This document shows positions 1 to 19,700 of a stretch of DNA of 64,000 nucleotides, piece after piece. The stretch spans positions 77,004,001-77,068,000 of the forward strand of contig NC_042999.1 in assembly GCF_006345805.1 (NCBI RefSeq), written 5' to 3'. A program made the position numbers and the translations under genes. The notes below the pieces were generated by a model. It was not told the origin of the DNA. It saw only the letters and a list, made by a program, of their open reading frames with translations, and did not search any database. Positions within the stretch are counted from its first letter, which is position 1; each line of letters begins with the position of its first letter. Origin of the DNA: Octopus sinensis (lineage: Eukaryota).

Positions 1-249
1 GATGATCCAGTCAATTAAAATTGAAAATAGCTAATACAGTGAAAGGAAGGATATTCTAATCTTTAGCTGACGCTGTAACAGCTCCTGAAACATTTTGGAC
101 ATATTAGGCCTCATTAGTTTTGTCCACTTCATTATAATTTGAAATGTATGTCTCTGAAATCGATTCAGTCGACTTTATATCGCCTCTTAAATGTGTGAAT
201 GTGTATCAGTGAGAAAATATCTAAAATATTTTATGAATTCTGTGCACAT

Positions 250-284
<35 letters not shown>

Positions 285-305
285 TACATATATATATATA
301 TATAT

Positions 306-337
<32 letters not shown>

Positions 338-344
338 ATATAAT

Positions 345-4640
<4,296 letters not shown>

Positions 4641-4837
4641 CGTATATCTATCCATCAATTATATATATGTGTATAGTCGAAATTTATAGAAAAACAAAAG
4701 ACGAAGACAGATGTATGAACAACAAGCATGTGTATTAGTTTGACGCTCGGGAAAAATGAAGTTTTCAACAGAAATGAATAAGAGAAAATAAACAGAGAGA
4801 GAAGGAAAACAAATTTGTAGATTTCTGCGGTCCAGCA

Positions 4838-4990
4838 TGGCAGGGCGACAAACTGGCAAAATCGTTAGTACGCCGGGCAAAATGCTTAGAGACTTTTCGT
4901 CCGACTTTCGGTTTTGAGTTCATACTCCGCCAAAGTTGACTGTGTCTTTCATCCCTTTCCGTTGAACTCTGGGGGTGATGTAATTTATTT
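4838..4990 (+). mobile_element. Degenerate tRNA-derived SINE (same family as 47402)
   Basis: GGCGACAAACTGGCAAAATCGTTAGTACGCCGGGCAAAATGCTTAG...GAGTTCATACTCCGCC aligns by eye to the copy at 47402; A/B-box-like head. Confidence 0.75.
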
Positions 4991-6814
4991 ATCTCCTCCC
5001 GAAACTGCTGGCTTTGCGCCAAAATTTGAAACTAGTGTGTGTGTGTATTTGTGTGTAACCTTATATATAACGTTAGATTGTAGATTACAAAATTTTAATT
5101 GAAATAAGTTTAGTATATTATTAAAGGTATCTTCAAAAGAATTTGCAAACTACTTATACAATGTATGCTCGGACCCTCTCCAAGATGTCATCCTTACATT
5201 CTATGGCCAATGAGCTGCTTCTACTTGAACCTAGTACCCAATTCGGCGCTTAGAGTTACATATTGAAAGAAGTCCAGATATTTGAGAACAAGATGAGAGT
5301 TCCTCAAGAAATGATGGTACTCGTACCATATATGCAAGCCTTGGCTTCTCAGAAGTGTTATGAGTTTGTTGTGGTAGACATGGAAAGAAAGCGTTATGGT
5401 TCAGAACTGGTATTTGTCGAAAGGACTGCGAATAAATGAAAAGGGAACGTGAATGATCAGTTGACTACTTTAGTCGCATATATCTCTTTCGTGTAGAAAG
5501 GAGAGTGAGTTTTGGAGTACAAATGACAATGATTTTATTGCTGGGTAGGCTCATGCATATATCGGTTTAGGAAGCTGGACTCTGGTTTTTATAAACTTAC
5601 TTGAACATTTGAAGATGGTCTGGAATTTCATTCAGCATGCTAAAATGAAGAGAAAAAATCTACATTGTAAAATTTGATGGACAAATGCGTATAAATGTGT
5701 TCTCAACGTGTTGTTATGCAAAGCTTTGGATTTTTCTCTAAAATGTGCAAAAAAGCTTCCCTTATAGTTTCTAGAATGGGTATTTATGTGTTCTATCTCC
5801 AAAAAGTTTACTACCAGCTAGTATACACTTGAGATAGGCAACAAGATGGATGCAATAATGTATTGTTCTTTTTCCTGATGGCTACGGAACTGTTACTATA
5901 AGGTATGAGAAATTACCACAAGAGATAAAAATCGGAGGAAATAGTTTATAGTTATTGCTGCAAACTTTTGTGACTGATGTTGCCACCATATTAAAACAAG
6001 AATGATAGCGGAAATTTACCTGGAGCGTTCCAACTATATTACAGCAATACGAAAGAATGCTATAAAAGAATAGTATTTTATCAATTAAGGAATTTCGCTT
6101 TGAAATTAAAAAAGAGCATATGCGGACCATCATTAGGAATATTGGTAGCATTCACATGCAATTCGAAGAGGAGCTGTGAGATCGAGTCCAAATTAAGAGA
6201 ACCAGCTGCCACCGAACTGCAATTTGACGAGGTAGTCCATGATTTGATTTTTCTAGTATGGCCTTTTCACGAGACTCTTATGACCACTTCAAATGCATGA
6301 AATCCTATTGATGAGAGGGGCTTAGTATCTCGCAAACATTGAACTAAATAAGGCAATTGAAAAAGTTATGTTATTAATATCGCTGGCAGAGAAGTTTTAA
6401 TATCGCTGGCAGAGAAGTTTTACAAATTGCATCATGTGTTAGCGGATAAAATCCTGCTGCTACACGATGATGCTGGATTCTGTGATTTTTCTTGTTTCTG
6501 TGATCCAGTAAAGACGTTACCAGTAAAGAAAATGTAATGTAGAGCACATTGTCGATATCATGAAAGAGAACTTTAAAATGCTGGGGATTCATGCAGAATT
6601 GTAAGGAGGGAAAATACAATCATGTACTTCATAGGACATATGTGAATTGTCTAAACAAAGTGTTTTTTGTTTATATTAACAGTACTCTCGAAAGTATTCA
6701 AGAATTAATTAGAGCTACGATAAAAGTCTATTGAACGAAATATGACGAAAAGGATGAACCTAGAATATACCGATACAATAAATATGCGCATGTATTACGT
6801 GCGTGCGCGCGCAC

Positions 6815-6988
6815 ACATACATACATACATAAATACATACATACATACATACATACATACATACATAAATACATACATACATACATACATACATACATAC
6901 ATACATACATACATAAATGCATGCATACATACATACATACATACATACATACATACATACATACATACATACATACATACATACATAC
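6815..6988. repeat. (TACA)n microsatellite (one of many; similar arrays near 9750, 10490, 17020, 22730, 24350, 31310 and 47185)
   Basis: Direct inspection; it produces the spurious HTYI/CMYV ORFs. Confidence 0.95.
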
Positions 6989-8039
6989 ACACTTACATAT
7001 GAAACATTACTGCTAACCGAATGATTCAAACAATCAAATCACTGGCTGCGATTCACTGTATATAATTAAGACAAAGATTTCAATATGTGTTTATATTTGA
7101 GCAGTAACAGAAATTACATATTTTTTACGTTAGACTATACATAAAAGGATGTGATGATTGATAAATTGTACATCAAATATATAACTGCGCATATCGAACA
7201 TCAGATTTTGATTAATAAATCACTGTAATAATCATGATGATAATCACTTGTCAAATAGATACTAAACTGTTGAAAGAAATTTCAATATTGAGAGTTCGAC
7301 ATTGCCTCAACAAATTTATGTATCTAAACTACATATTGATGTAACGATATATTTTATATTACATCAGGAAAAGATGGAGCCATTTTGATCCTTCTACGAT
7401 TATATCGTTATGACATAAAAATAACGACAATTTTTTTCAATATTTGCTAGAAAAATATGTATGCGTATATGTGTATGCGTATTTATATACTTTTAGAGAG
7501 AGGAGAAGAAAGAGAAAGAATGAAAGAAAAAGCGACTCGGGGCAAAATTTACGAAGTAAATAAGAGAAAAATCGAAATGAAAAGGCAAATCCATCAGTTC
7601 AATATAATCCACATAAAGTTAGACATATATACATATCTACTGTTTCACAGACACATACATTCACACGCACATACACACACACACATAGCTAGCAAAAGGG
7701 AGAAAGAGAGAGAGGGGGTGTAAAATGTACAATTATGAATCCGTCGTTTTTAGCCCACTAAGAACTACCATTCTTATATTTAAACAGTAATAGTAAATTT
7801 GCTGGAGCGTGCAAACGACGGATTGGGATATATATATATCCCAATCATCTTAGTCGGACATGTCAACAGAGGTAACCATTGATGCTAACGGTGGATTCAT
7901 TGAATAGCTAGGATAAAAGGATTCTCAAGATTATCTGTACCAATTTGCTTTCAAATACAGCTTTTCTTTGATGAGCTATGCGTTTTTTCTCTAAATTCAT
8001 ACAAATGTTCTCAAAAAACTGGCGCATCTTGTATTTAGA

Positions 8040-8120
8040 CAGGCAGACAGACGGACGGACGGACAGGCAGGCAAACAGGCAGGCAGGCAGACAGACATAC
8101 AGACAGACAGACAGATAGAC

Positions 8121-8219
<99 letters not shown>

Positions 8220-8220
8220 C
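8040..8220. repeat. Compound (GACA/GGCA)n-(GATA)n microsatellite
   Basis: Direct inspection. Confidence 0.95.
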
Positions 8221-8466
8221 ATCTCTGTGTGCATGTATATTACCTCGACAGTATCTGTCACTGTGGTGGTGAAATCACGCTGAAACACCGGCTCCGGTAG
8301 TCTGCTGACCTCGTTTAAAACTTTGTATGTTTATGTACTCAATATCCTATAGGGAGTAATTTGTCCTCCGACACAGAATCCACAGTAAATGCCATTCAAG
8401 TTCTCGTGTGCAGGCACCTCTTGAAAATAAGTACACATCATATACATACATACATACATACATACA

Positions 8467-9300
<834 letters not shown>

Positions 9301-10236
9301 AGCCTTTTAGATCTGATGTAATGATTTTCTTTTACAGTCAAATATACAACATAATTTTTTTTAGACCACGTCAGTAGCAGGACACCTTACATAAAGTTGT
9401 ACTGATAGACTAAGAACCAGATGAATGTAACTGGGTGCAAATGCAATTTGCGAGATGTCTATGCAGCAGAAACGTGCGTCGGACAAATATGGTGTCTAAA
9501 TGACTGCAGAACTATACAAATGTATTAATCTCTGTATTCATTGTAATTGTCTTGGATACACACTCGGTAAAGTATTTATAATCCAGGGAAGGGAACCCAG
9601 AATTTACTCATTGGATGAAATCCAATGGGATTGCCAACCTCAGGTAACTCTTGGTGCTCCTTACCACTCAGTGTGGTTACCTACAACTTGCTCCAACGGT
9701 ACTCGCCCGCATACTTTACTACCTTTGTGTGTGTGTGGGTGTATATGCATGTATGCATGTATGTATATACGTATGTATGTATGTATGTATGTATATATGT
9801 ATGTATGTATGTATGAATGTATGTATGTATGCATGTTTGTATGTATGTATGCATATGTGTATGTATTTATGTTAGTAAGAATATACGTATGTATGCACAG
9901 AGTGTGTAGGAGTTTTTGTGAATTTGCATATATTTCTATTTATAATTACATACAGTCGTACGCAGATGCGCATAACCCAAACTTTGTTTTCATTCTAAAA
10001 TACTAATCATTGATTATTCTTACATGACTAACATCCAATCGATAGATTTTTTTCAGATATGATTGCGTATCAATGAAATATTTCACGCAAATATACCTTT
10101 ATTTGATATATACCTGTGGGTGGGTGTGTGTGTGTGTGTGTGTGTATACATACATACATGTATGTATGTATGTAAGTATGGAGATTCAGATATGTATCCA
10201 TCACAACATATTAGTACATATATTTCGAATGAATTG

Positions 10237-10275
<39 letters not shown>

Positions 10276-13114
10276 GCATATTGATAAATAGATATCAAGG
10301 AATAATAAAATATAAAACAATACCAAAAGTTCAAATATAAACAAAGCGAGTAAATAGTTTTTTGTTTTTTAATTAAAAATTATCATCTTCACTTCATTTG
10401 TGGGGGAGGGTGTATGCTTGCACGTGTGTGTATAAACACACACACACCCACGTATATACATACGTACTTACATACATACATGTGTGCATACATGCATACA
10501 TACATACATACATACATACATACATACATACATACATACATACATACATACATACATACATACATACATACATACATACATACACACGCACGAATTATAT
10601 ACATACAAACTAAGGTTTGGTAAGCTTTGTTCTGTGTTGTGGAATCATATTTTGTCTTTTCAGGTATTTTCTTTGTGCTCTTATATCTAATTTACAAACC
10701 GTTTACAAACGATTGTTGAAATTTCACACTTGCATGAGTCTTAGTCAATAAACCAATGGTTAATGTGACTGTTTTAATCGCATAGCATGAAGAGCTTTAG
10801 TATAAACGCGGCACTGCGAATCGTTAAAATGTGTTTGTGAAATGTTAGGCGCATTGTATATTCTATATCGAGTATTGTCTAAAATGTGTCTATTCCGAAT
10901 TTCTAAACTTCATTAGTTGATTCTCTAAACAAAAGAATTTATTAATGAATACAAACTACGACCGGTAAATTCTTCTTCCGAATAATCAGTTTCGATCTCC
11001 CATGTTATAAACGTTTATTTTATGGCAACAATTGGTGAACTAAATGTACTCGATTGCTATTAGTACACTTGTTATTTGCTCTTTGGCAGTCTTTTAGTGA
11101 ATAGTGAGAGCTGTTACGCATTTTCTGTCTTTCTTTTACAATTCTTTTATGCCAGATAAAGATGCAGCATTGGTATTATTGATTTCACCTGTGGCGCTTA
11201 TCGTGTACCAGGAGTTAAACTTGTTGCTAGTTCACTTCGCAACTCATATTCATTCCAGGAATGAAAGTATTTTATTTCGCTTATATTGAAAAGGCCACAA
11301 ATCAATGCACAAACACAGCCCTTTCCATTTTATCAGATCCTAAATTATATGGGTATCTGTACCTTGAAATAAACAAATAACTAAATAGGCAAAAACAAAG
11401 TTAGACATACTTCTGATGAGTGTTGTACAGTATGATTTTATGTTCCCAAAACCATCAGACAACCTTTTGTTATAGGCTTCAAGCCAATTTCTCTCATTTA
11501 CACTGCAATTGGCCGTCCCTACAGGCATCAATGTGAAGCTTTCTGCTGAATCAAAATCGATCAACATCTTGAAATACGAGCTATGATTCTGATCAACCGA
11601 GATTACGTCGTGGTTTCACTCAGAGGTTGAAACCACTTCACTGTCCACATACTGCTATTGCTTTCCTAAAAGGCATGAATGCCACAGCACTGCCTTGACG
11701 AATTCTATAAAAGCCGAGCCTTATTTTGGTGAAGCCGATATAGGTTTCATTTAGGTTTTCATTTAGCCACAACTTCCTCACTGTAATCTTAGCAACCCAG
11801 TTCCTCTTGTACGCATACTGTTTTTGATATAGTTTGTATAATTAGTACCCACTTTAATAATTATAGTCAACCAAAATAAATTCATTTCCCAAAAAGTTAG
11901 AAGTAATCGTTAGCTTTATAATTAATTGTGGCAAAAGATTTGGAGAATAATCACAGAATTTGAATTAATTCTTTTTCAGTTATCACACCACATAGTGTTC
12001 ATCCATTAAAATCATATTGCGCCTTTGTCATCGAAAAGTTGATAATAAAGGTTGGACTACGTTTCACCGGTTTAAATTTTTTTTCTTGCCCATCCTCTTG
12101 GTACAATGCGGCATGCACGACTCTGACGACTTCCTGTGCCGTTGTTGTTTGTCGTGTTTGTTTTAGATTTCTCCTTCTTTTGAAAAACACGTTGTTCGTC
12201 GGGCATATGTGCGTTCAGAACAAAAAACTGAGTATTTATCAATTTTACAATGTCCTCTACTAATAATAGTAAGCAGCACCTACTCACGTTTCGGTAGTAG
12301 TCTTAGTCACTGAGAATTAATTATGTTGGTGACGAGCATATAACACATGTGTCACTAGCACAATACGAACTTCTGATACCTTGGATGGTTTTCAGGTATT
12401 GCTTTTATTTGGCTATTCACGCCTACATTCAAATTAGTTACGAGGCGACAACCATTTTTTTCTAAATATGGATTATAAAAGCCATTGAGTTTTCCCATTA
12501 TTATGGCTTTCACAAATGGAAACTAAATATTTACTTCGATAATGAAAGAACATATTCGCCGATCGAAACATATTTCATTCGGACTGCAATCAATATATTG
12601 ACTTGATCTTAGTCTGAGTTATTTCAACAAACGGCAACAGTCTCTTCACTATGATTAATTGTTTGGATTGTTGCAGTTCAAAGAGAGCCGTGGAAACGGT
12701 CGAGGTAGTAAAAGCGTCGAAATAAATGCCTTGCAGTATGTAGCTCCGGTTCCCAGTTCAAATCTGATCGAGAGAGGCTTTAATTTTAAAGATTAAATAA
12801 AAATAAACTGGAATATCTATAATACATTAGGAGTTGATTCAACTAACTGTATTTACTTCGTCATTAGTCCATAGCCTCTTGCCTAATTATCTTAGGTATT
12901 ATTGGACTTCAAAGGAAGTATCGTTAATTTGGTCGAAATAGAAATGCATTAGATTGAGAACTTAGCAACATTTAGTTTCATCTTCACTCAACGAGTTTAA
13001 ATTTATACCAGTGTCGACTTAATTTGTTTGATTCCTGCTGTCCAGACATAGAATACTGGTAATTTATTATGGGAACTGTGTGGATATCAGTCGTGCACAA
13101 GTGTATTATTTTAT

Positions 13115-13317
13115 TCTTTTGCTTGTTTTAGTCATTTGACTGCGGCCATGCTGGAGCAGCGCCTTTAGTCGAACAAATTGACCTCCAGGAATTATTCTTT
13201 GTAAGCCGAGAACTTATTCTATCGGTCTCTTTTGCCGAACCACTGAGTTACGGGGACACAAGCGATGGCGTTTACGGTTGTCAAGCGATGGTGAAGGGAC
13301 AAACACATACCCGTAAG

Positions 13318-13364
<47 letters not shown>

Positions 13365-13520
13365 GACGGGTTTCTTTCAGTTTTCCGTCTACCAAATCCA
13401 CTCACAAGGCTTTGGCCGGCCCGAGCCTATAGTAGTTGACACTTGCCCAAGGTGTCACGCAGTGGGACTGAACCAAGAACCATGGGGTTGGGAAGCAAGC
13501 TTCTTACCACACAGCCACGA
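13115..13520 (-). mobile_element. tRNA-derived SINE with internal microsatellite (here 'SINE-A'; CORE-like segment CCTTGGGCAAGTG)
   Basis: The reverse complement reads CGTGGCTGTGTGGTAAGAAGCTTGCTTCCCAACC...GGTTCAGTCCCACTGCG...(AT)n...CAGTCAAATGACTAAAACAAG. It matches copies at 16478, 18610, 48497, 57900, 58381, 61328 and 61973. Confidence 0.85.
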
Positions 13521-13879
13521 CTAAAAATATTTACATATGTGTGTCTGTGTTTGCGTTTGTCCTCCACCACCGCTTGACAACCTGTGCTGGTTTTGTTTAT
13601 GTCCCCGCAACCTAGCAGGTTTGCGTCGGTCAGAAATTGTCACTGGTATGAACTCAGAACATACATTGTCGTAACTAAATATCGCAAGAGATTTTTTCAG
13701 ACACCGTAATAAAATATATTCATCGCTCTCATTTGATGTACGTATATTTATTTAAATTTACGTTTAAATAATATAAAATACTGATGCTTAAACGTAATGA
13801 CACCTTTTAAAAAACCATATTCTATAGGTTTATTACTAATTAGTTTTGTAAGTGCAACTCGGCCTAAAATATTGATTTC

Positions 13880-14000
13880 AATTTTTGACACAAGGTCAAA
13901 GGATGAAATGTAAAGTCAACCGCGGTAGAATTTGAACTCAGGACGTGAAGTCGGGCGAAACGCCGCTAAGCACTTTGCTCGGTGTGCTAACGATTCTGCC
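13880..14000 (-). mobile_element. SINE fragment (family of 47402)
   Basis: AAAGTCAACCGCGGTAGAATTTGAACTCAGGACGT...CGCTAAGCACTTTGCTCGGTGTGCTAACGATTCTGCC is the reverse complement of the 47402 head. Confidence 0.75.
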
Positions 14001-14318
14001 CCGACCTAAAACATTGTTCAGTTTAACACGATCCACAGCACCTTTAGGTAGGGGCATCGGTATTTGTTTGGATACGCAACAATCCCTATATAAATATTCT
14101 CGCTGAACGACTTCCATTTAACATATTAATGCCTATGCTATTTAAAAATAGATCGGACCTGATCTGATTATGATAGTCATTAATATGATGACAATGATGA
14201 TGATGATGCTTATAATTATGATGGTGGTTATTCTGATAATTATAAAAGAGAATAATTATAAAAGAGAATATACATGAATAACGAAGAATGATAGTGACAG
14301 TCGTGGCTATAATAATGA

Positions 14319-14706
14319 CTCGCAGTATCGCCCGGCGTTGCTCGGGTTTGTTTCGACCCTTTAGAACTGGAATTTTTGAAAAGTAAAAATTTTGCATTAT
14401 GTAGCTTGTTATTCTCTTTAAGTGAACATTTTTCTGGTTGAAATACACCGAAAAATGGCGACACAGCAGTCAAAAAATCGTAAAAATAGGGATTTTCATA
14501 GAAAAAAGCACCTTTTTGATGTAAATAATTTTTGGTGTTAACATGGTCCGATTTGAATTTTTTCTTCTACGGAATGAAGAGCAAGCGTTCTTCTATCATA
14601 CTTTTAATTTTGGCCAACTTGGGTCGCAGGGTCTCGGAGGAGATAGCGTTAATTGAAAGCTACCAAACCTGTCACAAACAGACAACTTCAGCTTTATATA
14701 TATAGA
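14319..14706 (-). mobile_element. Non-autonomous Helitron, ~390 bp (family 2, copy A)
   Basis: The minus strand starts A|TCTATATATATAAAGCTGAAG and ends with hairpin CCCG-AGCAACGC-CGGG plus CGATACTG-CGAG|T (CTAG mutated). Nearly identical to 44397-44786. Confidence 0.85.
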
Positions 14707-14997
14707 TTACGATAGTGATGATGAAACCGGTAGTGTGTGGTGGTGTAAGGTGATGATTTCGAACAAAGATTATGGTGGCAATGATGATGCAGATAATGAT
14801 AATTATGATACTGTTGCATAACTTACATAAAAATTACACACAAGCAAGAATATATGTGTATATGTATGACTATATACATATATACGTAAACACAACCCCC
14901 CCACACACACACATATATATATATATATATAATATATATATATATAATATTATATATATACATAATATATATATATATATATATAAATATATATTAT

Positions 14998-15079
<82 letters not shown>

Positions 15080-16242
15080 CATTCATGCGCGTGCGTACGC
15101 GTGTGAGGAGGTGTGTTGTATGTATACACACTACTCACTCATTATGTCAAAAAGCTAGCCAGACATCTGTTGTAGCAAATATATTATTCTACGAGGACCC
15201 ATTCATCAGAGAAGTGCATAAAAAACAGCAACAAGATGTTGAAATACATTAAAACTATGGAGAAAATTATGCAAGCAAAATCGTCTGAGCGTCAAGTCTG
15301 TTTATGTATTATGAGTGTGAGCGCACACATGTAAACACATCTATACATACTTCACACACATACACACACACACACATATATGTATGCATTTTGTGTGTAT
15401 GTATGTTGGTGCTCACAACACGTACATACAAACATATAAGCACACACGCAAACACACACACACATACGCACACACATATTCACACACACACTCGCGTATG
15501 AATACTTTTAATATTTTAATGGTTTCAGTTATTGGACTGCCACCGGGATGAGACATCTCACTCAAGGGTTTTTCGATCATTCGGTGATCTCAAACCCAGT
15601 GTGATTTTTCCTATATCCGGGGCGGGGTGTGTGTGTTTGTGTGTTTGTGTGTGTGTGTCTGTCTGCCTGTCTGTCTGTCTATGTGTGTGTGTATGCGTGT
15701 GTAAATATATAAATGTAAACAAGAGAAAGCGAGTGAATTATGCTGAAACTAGAGTTATATAATTTATTAAAACTTAAACTACACAAAACGTTACTACGGG
15801 TTTCTCGTAGCCGATATTCGGACGATTATGAAAAATAGAACATGAAATTCGATATATAATGAGCATACAGTAAAAATGTTTGGAACAACAGCGAACGCCG
15901 GTCAACATGAACTGGTAACTCATATCGTAATTTTCGGATTATGATATCTATTATTTATCAGGAAATGAAAATCGATTAGATTTAAGAAATCTTTATCGAT
16001 CTGAGTGCAGACGTTATACCATAAAATATTACTTGTTCTATTTTTTACGTTTGGAAACAAAAATGATTTCTGCACCTTCCCATAGCATCGCTGAGCAGCA
16101 GTGATGTTAATAGGCAATGTTCAAATTTTTGTTACTCACTTTATGCCACGTCTTTTTCGTCCTATTCTCTATACAGCAACCCAACCAAATACACGTAGCT
16201 CCAGTCGCCAAATGATTATACACTTTTATTCTTGCTGAGGAT

Positions 16243-16470
<228 letters not shown>

Positions 16471-16477
16471 ATATATA

Positions 16478-16700
16478 CTTTTAATTGTTTCAGTCATTTG
16501 ACTGCGATCGTAGTAGAGCACCGCCTTGAAGGATTTTAAGTCGAACAAATCGATCCCAAAACTTATTCTTTGTAAGCCTACTACTTATTTTATCGGTTAT
16601 TTTGCCGAACCGCTAAGTTACGGGGACGTAAACACACCAACATCGGTTGTCAAGCGATGGTGGTGGGACATATACAGACACAAAGACACACACACATGAA
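16478..16700 (-). mobile_element. SINE-A, 3' half
   Basis: TTGTTTCAGTCATTTGACTGCG...GCCGAACCGCTAAGTTACGGGGACGTAAACACACC matches the other SINE-A copies. Confidence 0.8.
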
Positions 16701-16702
16701 TA

Positions 16703-16747
<45 letters not shown>

Positions 16748-16749
<2 letters not shown>

Positions 16750-16935
16750 CGTTCTTGTATTTGGTTTGCAAGATTCTTTATGTGAATTCGTGTGTTGAAG
16801 CATATTTTATTGTGTCTGGGGAGAGTCGTTCTCTTTTAATGCCTTATTAATTAACACACTCACCGGTTCGATTTCCACTCATTTACGAATTTAATTTTTC
16901 TAAAATTTTCGTTGCTTCTTACAACTTCTTCAATA
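16748..16935. repeat. Unclassified ~190-bp interspersed repeat (second copy 47888-48082; partial inverted copy 48265-48376)
   Basis: TTTGGTTTGCAAGATTCTTT(T)ATGTGA.TTCGTGTGTTGAAGCATATT...AACACACTCACCGGT...AATAGTC is shared between the loci. Confidence 0.8.
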
Positions 16936-17018
16936 GTCGTTGATTCTGTCCGTTATCGGAGCTTCGTTCTTTTTCTCTGTTTGTATGCATGTGTGCGTCA
17001 GTGTGCATGTGTATATAC

Positions 17019-17049
<31 letters not shown>

Positions 17050-17257
17050 TGTATGTATGTATGTATGTATGTATGTATGTATGTGTATATATGTATGCGT
17101 GTATGTATATGCATATATATATATGCATATATATATATATAATATATATATATATAATATATATATAAACATATATATATGCGTGTGTGTATGTTTGTAT
17201 GAATGCATTCTAAATATTCATGTGTTTGTGTGTGTGAGTGTGTGTGTGTGTGTGTGT

Positions 17258-17304
<47 letters not shown>

Positions 17305-18609
17305 TTGTGTTTGTACCTCTGTCTCCTTGCAATTAATCTTAATGAAAAGTATAGAAGTAAATCAAGATAAATCAAAATAAGGTCGGTTGGAATTTATTTA
17401 ATAGAAAAAAAGCATTTACCGTAGAACGACAATCAGCCATTTAATGACTTTTATGGCGACAATTGTAGTAAGATAAGAGAATAGCAAAGAAAGTCTATAT
17501 TATGATTTCATCCACTCCGTTCCTCATACAGTTTCATCGAAATCACGCTCTCATCGACATACATCCAATTTGTGTGTGAGAGTATGTGGACATTAATTCA
17601 TGTAAATGTGTGCATTTATGTATGCGCACACTCACGTTTTGCTTCGAATTTTTAAAACTCATTTTTTCACTTATCTGTTAGTTGAATTGAAATATTATGA
17701 AACTCAAGATTGTATTTTATTATTCCTCTGAGAAAATACCTTGTGGTATTTAGTTACGTTCTGAATTCAAATTTCAATGGATTCGATTCTTTCTTTCATT
17801 ATTTTCTTTTTTCTTTTTTTTTTTTTCTTTGCAGTTCATAAGTACCAGTCATATTCAAGTTGATTCAATGGACTATACTCTACACCAAATTCTTCATCTT
17901 GTAAAAATAAAATACATTTTCATTCATATAGTCTCTCTGTTTCTGGGTTTAAGGGTATTTTTACATGGAATATAGAGTTGTTTTAGGCGATCTTGAGTTT
18001 TAGCTGGCATCGTAGCATAAAGCTATGTGAATAAGTGAGTTTTGTGTGTGCCTGTATATCTATGCGCACTGAACGTACTAGATGATCGTATTAATGTGGA
18101 AAAGTTTCTTATCGTTTCAATTATTTTGTTTTTTCTGTAGACTGAATGTTTGCTAAGTATATAAGAGCTTCAAATAAAAGCTACCTGCTGTAGTTCTTGG
18201 ATTGAAGGGTACTCTCGTGTGATTGGCTGTTTGTAAATAATTTCCTTTATTTATCACTGCAAAAGCTTCTATAACAATAGTTGTCACAGTGCTATCCAAT
18301 GCTGCAAATTCATGTCACTTTAATCTGTAAATCTTTGTTATTTCAAATGTTTTACTCTCTCTTTGATTGATACGTTCCTATCCACAAGAAATAAGTTTTC
18401 AGGAAATGGTATGCATTTTATTTTTGCATTCTTTCCGGATTATATACGATCGATTGGTTAAGATATCGGTCGATATATGCGGTTAAGTTTCCTATATGCT
18501 TACACCATTGGTTCTCGGGTAATTTTAGGGTTATTTTGAGCGGTTTTTCTCTATGATGTCTATTGTATTATATCGGAGAATTTATCGGTGAAAATTCATA
18601 ATATATATA

Positions 18610-18775
18610 GGTGCAGGCTTGGTTGCATGGTTAGGAAAATCGCTTGGCAACCATGTGGTTTCGGGTTCAGTCCTACTGGGTGATGCATTGGGCAAAGTGT
18701 CTTCTACTATATCCCCGGGCCAAGCAATGCCTATGAGTGAATTAAGTCAACGGAAACTGCGTGGAAATCCACTGT
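18610..18775 (+). mobile_element. SINE-A, degenerate 5' half
   Basis: GGTTTCGGGTTCAGTCCTACTGG...TTGGGCAAAGTGTCTTCTACTATA...ACGGAAACTG matches the SINE-A head. Confidence 0.7.
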
Positions 18776-18778
18776 ATA

Positions 18779-18813
<35 letters not shown>

Positions 18814-19569
18814 GAAAAAAAGAGGTTGAAAATGGATTGAGAATAGTTAAAATATTTTTTATTAATGTATTTAAAACTTTAACCGGTTTCACAGTATACA
18901 CTGATTTTTAAAAGGTTGAAATAGAAAGACATAGCTTATGTCGCAGCTGTCTTACTTTTGACTAGTGTCTGAAGCTTGTCCTATTTTTATAGGGAGTTCA
19001 TAGCTCAAATTATTATTATACTTTGAATAAGATTTGATTGGTAGAGGATAGTCACATCACTGGTCTTAGAAATTTTTGTAAGTTTTCCGCTACATCCGTG
19101 TGTTAGTATTATTCATAGGTCCTCAGCATGCTTCATCTTATGAAATTGAAGCTATAAAATAGTGCAGACACTATGATAGAATTATTTCCTCTATTTCGTT
19201 CCTTATATTTAGTTACCATCTGAACAATAACTTCAGTCACCATATGTACATATTTTAATTCACTATTTCGATGTATCATGTAGGATTTGATCTACTCCAG
19301 CATTCCCATTTAATTGCATGTTTCCTTAATGTTTCGTCTATTCCTTTGCAATTTCATACTTCGTTTTGTCTATTTTGCTCTGTTTTATATTTTTCTAGCA
19401 TATTTTTTTTAAATTCCTACCTGAATCTTTATCTCTTCACTGAAAATTTTAACTGTTTGGAATAGTAATACTATATGATTGTCTTATTTAACAAAACAAC
19501 TTCAAATTAGCAACAGACAACTTGGCATTCCTTCTTAGATTATATGACCAACTATATTCTACAATTTTC

Positions 19570-19700
19570 GCCAAGGTTGACTTTGCATTCCATGCTTTCG
19601 GGGTCGATTAAATAAGTACCATTTGAGCACTGGGGTCGATGAAATCTACTTATTTCCTCCCCACAAAATTTCGAGCCTTACACCTATAGTAGATAGTGTT
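19570..19700 (+). mobile_element. SINE fragment (3' part of family of 47402)
   Basis: GACTTTGCATTCCATGCTTTCGGGGTCGATTAAATAAGTACC...CACTGGGGTCGATG. Confidence 0.75.

Noticed and set aside
5150-6620. Possible decayed coding sequence (for example a piggyBac-like Cys-rich end)
   Set aside because: No diagnostic motif could be recovered in any frame by eye.
18820-19260. Penelope pLTR/GIY-YIG remnant
   Set aside because: Only a vague resemblance; no intact hammerhead core or GIY-YIG motif is visible.
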